DNA of 64,000 nt from Opitutia bacterium (GTDB lineage Bacteria > Verrucomicrobiota > Verrucomicrobiia > Opitutales > Opitutaceae). Of the stretch, positions 57,552-64,000 are shown in pieces (positions within the stretch are counted from its first letter, which is position 1; each line of letters starts with the position of its first letter). Position numbers and translations under genes: made by a program. The stretch spans positions 32,001 through 96,000 of the forward strand of contig CANJVR010000004.1 in assembly GCA_947478395.1 (NCBI GenBank), given 5' to 3'. Below the pieces are notes generated by a model. The model was given only the letters and a program-made list of their open reading frames with translations, did not search any database and was not told where the DNA came from.

Positions 57552-58820
57552 ATGCCCCAATTTGCATTTAAAGCCATGCAGCACGATGGCGTTCTGACCG
57601 AGGGGTTTCTCGACGCGAGTAACCGGCAGGAAGCGGTGCGCCAGGTCGAGGGTCGCGGGCTGAAACCTATTCGGCTTTCGGAGTCGAGCGCCCCGGCGCC
57701 AAAAAAAATCGCGGCGAAGGCCGGCGCGACGGAGGCTACGGCGAAAGGCGGACTGCTCGCACTCTCCATCGGTGGGGCCAAAAAAATCACGCCGCGCATG
57801 TTGGAAAATTTCACGCGGCTGCTGTCGAGCTTGCTCGCGGCGGGGGTGCCGTTTAGCCGGGCGCTGGTCATTCTTCATCGTGAATCCGCGGAGCCAGTGG
57901 CGAAGGCTAAGTGGAAAGAAATCCACGATCTGGTTATCGACGGCATGTCGCTTTCGAAAGCGATGGAGCGTTCACCGGAAACCTTTCCGCGCGTTTACGT
58001 CGCGATGGTCGAGGCGGGCGAAACCGGCGGGTTTCTCGATGTTGTACTCGCGCAGATCGCGGATTTTCAGGCGCGGGAAAAAGAACTGAAATCGAAGGTG
58101 ATGACCGCGCTGATGTATCCGATCATCCTGCTGATCCTCGCGCTGGGCGTTTTGATTTTTCTGATGGTGTTTTTTATCCCGCGTTTCCAGCTGATCTTCG
58201 CGGGCTTCAACGCGGAGCTGCCGTTGATCACGCAGGTGATCGTGAAAACCAGCCAGATCGTCCGTGGTTACGGTTTGTTTCTCCTCGCCGGTGTAATCGC
58301 CGGATTTTTCTCGCTCAGAACTTGGCTGAACTCGCCGAAAGGGCGGCGGGCGTGGGAAGGGATGATGCTGAAAATCACGCTCGTCGGCCCGCTGATCGCG
58401 CAATTTGCGATGGCCCGTTTTTGCCGAATGCTGGGCACCCTATTGCAGGCCGGTGTACCCTTGATCAGCGCCCTGAACGTCGCGCGACGTTCTATTGGCA
58501 ATCAGGTGCTCATCGACGCGGTATCCGATTCGATCGATCGCGTGAAGGAGGGTAAACCCCTCGGCAAAAGCTTGGCGCAAAACCGAGATCTATTCCCTGG
58601 CGCGATCGTCGAAATGATCTCGGTCGCGGAGGAAAGCGGAAAGCTCGACGTTGAGCTGATGCGCATAGCCGCGGTGACGGAAGGCGATCTCGACCGTCAG
58701 CTCAAGTCGGTCGTGGCCCTTGCCGAGCCCGTGATGCTGTTCTTCATCGCGGCGTTCATTGGCACCATCTTCATCGGCATGGTGATCCCGATCTTCTCTC
58801 TGCAAGACCACATCAAATAA
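57552..58820 (+). CDS. gspF: T2SS platform protein GspF (locus 2)
   Basis: MPQFAFKA, AGETGG.LD, ALMYP, EESGKLD, three TM segments. Confidence 0.93.
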   Translation: MPQFAFKAMQHDGVLTEGFLDASNRQEAVRQVEGRGLKPIRLSESSAPAPKKIAAKAGATEATAKGGLLALSIGGAKKITPRMLENFTRLLSSLLAAGVPFSRALVILHRESAEPVAKAKWKEIHDLVIDGMSLSKAMERSPETFPRVYVAMVEAGETGGFLDVVLAQIADFQAREKELKSKVMTALMYPIILLILALGVLIFLMVFFIPRFQLIFAGFNAELPLITQVIVKTSQIVRGYGLFLLAGVIAGFFSLRTWLNSPKGRRAWEGMMLKITLVGPLIAQFAMARFCRMLGTLLQAGVPLISALNVARRSIGNQVLIDAVSDSIDRVKEGKPLGKSLAQNRDLFPGAIVEMISVAEESGKLDVELMRIAAVTEGDLDRQLKSVVALAEPVMLFFIAAFIGTIFIGMVIPIFSLQDHIK

Positions 58821-58827
58821 TTCCTCC

Positions 58828-59283
58828 ATGAAATTAAAATCCTCCACGCAATCATTTGGGCGTCGGTCCCGCCGCGGTGGCTTCACGCTCGTTGAACTTC
58901 TGCTCGTGCTTGTCATTCTCGGAATTTTGGCGGCGCTCGTGCTGCCGAAGTTCAGCGGCCGCACCGAGCAGGCGCGCATCACCGCGGCCCAGACTCAAAT
59001 CTCCACGTTTAAAACCGCGCTCGACGGCTTTGAAGTCGACACCGGCAGCTATCCGCGGGGCACCGACGGACTGCAGCAATTGCTCGTGGCCTCGCCCGAC
59101 GTCAGCGGCTGGCGCGGACCGTATCTGAGCAGCGATATTCCGCTCGATCCCTGGGGTCATCCCTACTCTTACGAGTATCCGGGCCGCATTAATTCCAACG
59201 GATTTGATATCATTTCGATGGGACCCGACGGCCAGCCTGGCACGAACGACGACATCATGAATGCAACTATCTCGGCAAAGTAA
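58828..59283 (+). CDS. gspG: T2SS major pseudopilin GspG (locus 2)
   Basis: GG|FTLVELLLVLVILG, WRGPYL, DPWGHPY.Y.YPG, SMGPDGQPGTNDDI. Confidence 0.95.
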   Translation: MKLKSSTQSFGRRSRRGGFTLVELLLVLVILGILAALVLPKFSGRTEQARITAAQTQISTFKTALDGFEVDTGSYPRGTDGLQQLLVASPDVSGWRGPYLSSDIPLDPWGHPYSYEYPGRINSNGFDIISMGPDGQPGTNDDIMNATISAK

Positions 59284-59839
59284 CGGATTGAGCCGCGCTT
59301 CGTTTTGGGCGCGCGGTCGACGCGGTTTCACGCTGATCGAGCTGATCTTCGTGCTGACGATCCTCGCCATCAGCGCCGCGTTTGTGGCGGCGCGGATGAG
59401 TTCTTTTTTCCGTGGACGAGCGCTGAACTTCGAGGCGCGCCGCATGTTGTCGCTCGCCCACTACGGCCAGAGCCGCGCGGTGGCCGAGGGTGTGCCAGTC
59501 TTACTGTGGCTGAATGGCAAGGACTCGACCTACGGTCTCACGGTCCAATCCAGCTTCAACGATACCGATGGCGATATGCACGCGAACCTCTACACCTTGG
59601 ACCCAAGTATTAGCCTGCAGACGATCGCGAACGATGGCGCATCGGTCTCGGAGCGGGACGACGAAAAGCTCGGCGTGCCCGAGGATCTGGCGTTCATTCG
59701 TTTTACCCCCGACGGCTTCTTCGACGATTCGAGCGTGCGCAAAATCACGCTGAGTCAGGGCGTCGAAGCCGCCCTCGATCTGGTGCCAATGCTCAACCGG
59801 CTCGGTTACGAAATTCGGCCCGCTTCCAATGCCAATTGA
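59261..59839 (+). CDS. gspH: T2SS minor pseudopilin GspH/FimT-like (locus 2)
   Basis: RG|FTLIELIFVL, QSRAVAEG, IRFTPDG; start uncertain. Confidence 0.78.
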   Translation: MQLSRQSNGLSRASFWARGRRGFTLIELIFVLTILAISAAFVAARMSSFFRGRALNFEARRMLSLAHYGQSRAVAEGVPVLLWLNGKDSTYGLTVQSSFNDTDGDMHANLYTLDPSISLQTIANDGASVSERDDEKLGVPEDLAFIRFTPDGFFDDSSVRKITLSQGVEAALDLVPMLNRLGYEIRPASNAN

Positions 59840-60272
59840 GTTCGAGTCTTTCGCGCCCCGCCGGACTTCGTTTCTCCGCCATCGGAGCCAACGCGGATTT
59901 ACTTTGGTCGAAGTGCTCGCGGCGTTGTTGTTCATGGCCATTCTGATTCCGGCGACCATGCACGGCGTCGCTGTTTCGAGCCGCGCGGGTATTCTGGGAC
60001 AGCGCAAATCGACCGCGATGCGCATCGCCGAACGCGTCCTCGATGAACAGATCCTCACCGGTCAGGTGACCACCGGACCCGGCAACGGCAGTATCATCGA
60101 TGGCGACGTCACGTATCCGTGGACGTTGAAGGTCGATTCGTGGAGTGAAGACGCCATGAGTCTGGTGACCGTGTTGGTGTCTTTCGAAGTGCAAGGCAGC
60201 ACTTTCGACGTCGGCGCCAGCACGCTGTACGATCCCACTGCCGGTTCGACCACCACGGCATCCACGCCCTGA
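59829..60272 (+). CDS. gspI: T2SS minor pseudopilin GspI (locus 2)
   Basis: RG|FTLVEVLAAL; gene order. Confidence 0.75.
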   Translation: MPIEFESFAPRRTSFLRHRSQRGFTLVEVLAALLFMAILIPATMHGVAVSSRAGILGQRKSTAMRIAERVLDEQILTGQVTTGPGNGSIIDGDVTYPWTLKVDSWSEDAMSLVTVLVSFEVQGSTFDVGASTLYDPTAGSTTTASTP

Positions 60273-61000
60273 TGCGAACTCGGATTTGCAGTCGCCAGGT
60301 CATCAGGGCTTTCACGTTGCTCGAGCTGCTGCTCGCGATGGCGATCGGCGCGGTCGTGTTGCTGGTGATCAACGGGACCTTCTTTGGCGCGTTGCGATTG
60401 TACAACACGACGCACGATAAGATCGACGTCGACCTCGCGCTGCAACGCACGCTCGGGATTGTGCGCCGGGACCTCGCGGGGATCATGATTCCCGCCAGTC
60501 CCACCGCGACGACGAATAACTTCGCCGGCCAGCTGCAGTCCGACGCGACCGGCACCACCGCCCTCGACGACACCGCGCAGCGCATCACGCCCGATATCAA
60601 CACCAACTCGGGCCGCATCGACGGCTGGAGTCCGTTCGCCGATGTCCAGACCGTGACTTACTACCTGTCGTCCGCGAGTGACGGCGGGCCGACCAAAAAT
60701 CTTGTGCGTGCGGCCAACCGCAATCTTTTGTCCGCGAGTACCGAGACCACGATCGACGGTCAGGTTTTACTGACCGGCGTCAGCACCGCGGCGCTTTCGT
60801 TTTACGATGGTGAAAGCTGGGTTGAGACGTGGGACTCGACGTCGACGACGAGTTTGCCCAGCGCGCTGAAATTTAGCTTGGTAATGGCTCCGCGCGAAGG
60901 CGGGAACCGCGCCGATCCTGCGCCGATCGAGCTGATCGTGCCCGTGATCGTGAAGACCACCACCACCGCGCAACAGGAGGCGACAGCAGCCACGCCATGA
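60272..61000 (+). CDS. gspJ: T2SS minor pseudopilin GspJ (locus 2)
   Basis: RA|FTLLELLLAMAI, RRDL, FYDGESWVETWDS..LPSA. Confidence 0.82.
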   Translation: MRTRICSRQVIRAFTLLELLLAMAIGAVVLLVINGTFFGALRLYNTTHDKIDVDLALQRTLGIVRRDLAGIMIPASPTATTNNFAGQLQSDATGTTALDDTAQRITPDINTNSGRIDGWSPFADVQTVTYYLSSASDGGPTKNLVRAANRNLLSASTETTIDGQVLLTGVSTAALSFYDGESWVETWDSTSTTSLPSALKFSLVMAPREGGNRADPAPIELIVPVIVKTTTTAQQEATAATP

Positions 61001-62421
61001 TCGGAGCTCGTACCAATATTTTCCGAGATTCGCGGCGGCCTTGCGGGCCGTTCCGTCCGCTCGGCACGTCGAACCGCGCGAGGGGTTCCGTGCTGATTAT
61101 TGTGATGTGGATCTGTCTCGGGCTGGTCGCGCTCACCCTTTATTTCGCGAGCTCGATGAGTTCGGAGCTGCGGGCGGCCGACAATCGCGGAGCCGAGGTC
61201 GCATCGCGGCAGGCGATCGCCGGCGCCACGCGTTACGCGACGTATATCCTTAAGCAATACGCGGTCGGCGGGGTCGTGCCGGAGATCGATAACTACAAGG
61301 CTGAGGCGGTCCCGGTCGGCGCCGCGAGTTTTTGGTTTATCGGCCGCGCGACCGATTCACAGCAACTGCAGAAGCAGACCAATGTTCAGAACGAGCCGTA
61401 TTTCGCGCTCGTCGACGAATCGTCGAAGCTGAACTTGAACACGGCGACGGCGGCGATGATCCAAGCCCTGCCGTTGCCGGACATGACGCCCGATTTCGCC
61501 GCCGCCGTTGTCGCGTGGCGAAGCGCGAACAGCGCAAACGCGCAAACCCAGGACGGTATCCTGTCGCAGCTCAATCCGCCGCGCCACAATAAGGGCGCGC
61601 CCTACGAGACGGTGGATGAAATCCGGCTCATCAATGAGGCTGCGCTCGATCTGCTCGTTGGCGAAGATACGAATCGAAACGGCGTGCTCGACCCCAATGA
61701 AGACGACGGCGAGTTGTCCGCGCCGCGCGACGACCAAAACGGTCAGCTCCTCGCCGGCCTGCTGGAATACGTCACCGTCTACAGCAGCCAGCCGACCACC
61801 AGTGCATCCGGCACCCGGCGCACGAATGTCACCACGCTGACGACCCCGCAGGCGCGCAACACTCTCTCGCAACTCTTGGTCACGCGTGGCATCACGCAGC
61901 AGCGCGCGCAACAGATGATGGCGCGGATCACCAACACCACTACGCTGACCAGCGTCGCCGATTTCATGGTGACGACGCAGGTCACCGCTGCGGAGTTTGC
62001 GCTCATTCACACCGACTTGACCGCGGCCGCGGCGGCCGCGCCCGGCCTCATCAACGTGAACACGGCCAGTGAAGCGGTTCTCACGTGCATCCCGGGCATC
62101 GGCGCGGACGGCGCGGCCACACTCGTCGCTTATCGGGCGGCGCATCCGGAGGAGTTGACCTCGATGGCGTGGCTCACCGCGGCGGGACTTACCGCCGCCA
62201 ACATCCGGCGCGCGGGGACGTACATCACGGATCAATCTTATCAATTCTCCGCGGACATCGCGGCGGTCGGCGCCACCGGCCGCGGTTATTGCCGGGAAAA
62301 GGTCGTTTTCGATGTCAGCACTGGCACCCCGCGAATCGTCAATCGTCAGGACCTGACCGCTTTCGGCTGGGCGCTTGGGACGACCGTCAAACGCACTCTC
62401 AATGGAACGAAGGATATATGA
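60997..62421 (+). CDS. gspK: T2SS minor pseudopilin GspK (locus 2)
   Basis: RG|SVLIIVMW, DESSKLNLNTA, INVNTASEAVL..IPGI (HhH), DTNRNGVLD motif. Confidence 0.85.
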   Translation: MIGARTNIFRDSRRPCGPFRPLGTSNRARGSVLIIVMWICLGLVALTLYFASSMSSELRAADNRGAEVASRQAIAGATRYATYILKQYAVGGVVPEIDNYKAEAVPVGAASFWFIGRATDSQQLQKQTNVQNEPYFALVDESSKLNLNTATAAMIQALPLPDMTPDFAAAVVAWRSANSANAQTQDGILSQLNPPRHNKGAPYETVDEIRLINEAALDLLVGEDTNRNGVLDPNEDDGELSAPRDDQNGQLLAGLLEYVTVYSSQPTTSASGTRRTNVTTLTTPQARNTLSQLLVTRGITQQRAQQMMARITNTTTLTSVADFMVTTQVTAAEFALIHTDLTAAAAAAPGLINVNTASEAVLTCIPGIGADGAATLVAYRAAHPEELTSMAWLTAAGLTAANIRRAGTYITDQSYQFSADIAAVGATGRGYCREKVVFDVSTGTPRIVNRQDLTAFGWALGTTVKRTLNGTKDI

Positions 62422-63833
62422 GTACTAAAAAGAAGGCTACGAAACGCGCCCCATCCGTCCTCGGCCTTGTGCTGGCGGACGGCCAGTTGCGGGCGTTTAA
62501 TGTGACGCGCACCAAGGACCGGTTGGAAATTGGGAAGGTCGCGAGCGCGCCGATGACGCTCGACCTGTTGCATCCGGAGGCCGAGCTCGTTGGCCGGGAA
62601 ATCAAAAACCACCTCGACGCCGCCGGGATTCGCGAGCGGCACTGCATCGTCGGTCTTCCGCCGCGCTGGGTGATGAGCCAGCATGCTGCGCTGCCTGAGC
62701 TCTCCCCGGAGGACGCGAACAGTTTTCTGCAGATGGAAGCGGAGAAAGGCTTCCCGGTTGATCCCGCGCAGTTGCAAATCGCGCGTTCCTTTCAACGTTC
62801 CACCGGTGGGACGTTCGTGACCCAGCTCGCCGTGCGCCGGGAGCAGATCGATCAGCTCAGCGCCGTGTTGAAGGCCGCGGGGTTAAAGGAAGTCAGCTTT
62901 TCGCTTGGGCTCGCGATGCTCCCGGGCGTGATTTCGCCGGCTGGCAGCGGTGGCCGTATCACCGTCGCCGTGGAAACGACCGGAATCACCCTGTTGATCG
63001 CGGCGGGGGGCGGTATCGCGGCGTTCCGCACGTTCGAGGCGAGTATAGAATCCGAGGCCGGCGAGAAACTCATCAATGGCGCGGCGGTTGCGCGCGAACT
63101 GCGCATCACGTTCGAACAGGTACCCGCGGCGCTGCGTTCCGAGGTAGGAGAACTCTTGCTGCTCGGCGATTCTGCGATGGTGCGACAGCTCGCGGAGACG
63201 CTCGGTGACTGGGCGAAAACGGCTCAGCTTACGATCGTTCGGGGCGACCAGCCGGATAAAACTTTCGCCGCCGAGATGGCGGAAATGCTCGCGTCCCGCT
63301 GGCTGGACGGCACTTCGCCCAACTTGGAATTTCTGCCGCCGCGCCCGGGCCGCTGGGCCATGTTGGTTGCACGTTATAATTCGAAGCGGCTTGCGAGCGT
63401 GGGCTTCGCCGCCGGAGCGCTCGTTTTGCTGACGATCCTGGCGTTTGGCTGGCTCGAGTTTCGCCGCTGGTCGCTCCAATCCGAATGGAGCGGTATGCAG
63501 ACCCAAGTGGTGGCGCTTGAAGCGGTGCAGGCCAAGATCCGCGAATTCTCTCCTTTCTACGATACTTCGTTCCGCAGTCTGAGCATCCTGAAACGCGTCA
63601 CCGAGTGTTTCCCGGATAACGGCTCGGTCACCGCCAAAACCTTTGAGCTGCATGGCACCTCGGCGGTGAGCATCAGCGGCACGATGCGCGATAACGCCGC
63701 CTTGATTCGGGTGCAAGACGCCCTGAGTAAATCGAAGGAAATCAAGGACGTTAAAATCGAGCAGATTCGTGGTAAATCTCCGGCTATGCAGTACACCCTC
63801 ACCGTTCGTTGGAACGCTCCCTCCGGCTCATGA
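62418..63833 (+). CDS. T2SS GspL / PilM-PilN-like protein (locus 2)
   Basis: Actin-like cytoplasmic N-region, NLEFLP before a single TM, PilN-like C-domain; ATGA overlap with gspK. Confidence 0.7.
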   Translation: MSTKKKATKRAPSVLGLVLADGQLRAFNVTRTKDRLEIGKVASAPMTLDLLHPEAELVGREIKNHLDAAGIRERHCIVGLPPRWVMSQHAALPELSPEDANSFLQMEAEKGFPVDPAQLQIARSFQRSTGGTFVTQLAVRREQIDQLSAVLKAAGLKEVSFSLGLAMLPGVISPAGSGGRITVAVETTGITLLIAAGGGIAAFRTFEASIESEAGEKLINGAAVARELRITFEQVPAALRSEVGELLLLGDSAMVRQLAETLGDWAKTAQLTIVRGDQPDKTFAAEMAEMLASRWLDGTSPNLEFLPPRPGRWAMLVARYNSKRLASVGFAAGALVLLTILAFGWLEFRRWSLQSEWSGMQTQVVALEAVQAKIREFSPFYDTSFRSLSILKRVTECFPDNGSVTAKTFELHGTSAVSISGTMRDNAALIRVQDALSKSKEIKDVKIEQIRGKSPAMQYTLTVRWNAPSGS

Positions 63834-64000
63834 TATCTAATCTTCCTCCCCGTCAGCGCCTCCTCGCGATCATCGCGGGCGTCGTGGTCGCATTGCTCGT
63901 ACTCGACAGTGTTGTCATCGAACCGCTCTACCACACCTGGCAGACGCATGCGGCCGAGATCACACGGCTGAACGCGTCCGTCACTAAAGGTCGCACCACC
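63830..64000 (+). CDS. GspM/PilO-like protein, truncated by the window end
   Basis: ATGA overlap; MISNLPPRQRLLAIIAGVVVALLVLDSVVIEPLY..W. Confidence 0.65.
   Translation, partial: MISNLPPRQRLLAIIAGVVVALLVLDSVVIEPLYHTWQTHAAEITRLNASVTKGRTT

Overview
GC-rich bacterial DNA. Gene content and protein style suggest Verrucomicrobiota, family Opitutaceae (inference). The window holds two paralogous type II secretion system (T2SS) loci. Locus 1 is split into convergent halves, gspDEF (+, 2.5-7.8 kb) and gspGHIJKLM (-, 16.5-21.7 kb). The halves enclose an NAD-dependent epimerase, two secreted Ig-domain proteins (one with a cyclophilin domain) and a DUF3570-ApbE-TlpA-DUF4266 flavinylation/thiol-redox module. 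Upstream of gspG lie a DUF1800/DUF1501 pair and a pilin-like orphan. Three proteins in this neighbourhood share a tandem ~126-aa 'RLxNLSxR...VEVYD' module, a candidate T2SS targeting or surface-anchoring domain. Locus 2 (gspEFGHIJKL and partial M, 55.8-64 kb) follows a clear sigma-54 promoter with tandem enhancer-like repeats. Between the loci are pectin/uronate genes (GH105, kduI, kduD, DUF4861, a GH43 remnant) and a split transglutaminase/DUF2126 pair. There are also housekeeping genes (threonine aldolase, aroK, queG; aroC lies at the window start), a putative glycolipid cluster (thioesterase, GT4, ACP-FabZ fusion, FabB, SDR, GT28) and a DUF1080-TonB receptor-LamG unit ending in a 1296-aa candidate carbohydrate-active enzyme. 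Several REP-like palindromes and heptamer arrays occur. I saw no rRNA, tRNA, CRISPR array or transposase. All family assignments come from motif recognition, not database searches.
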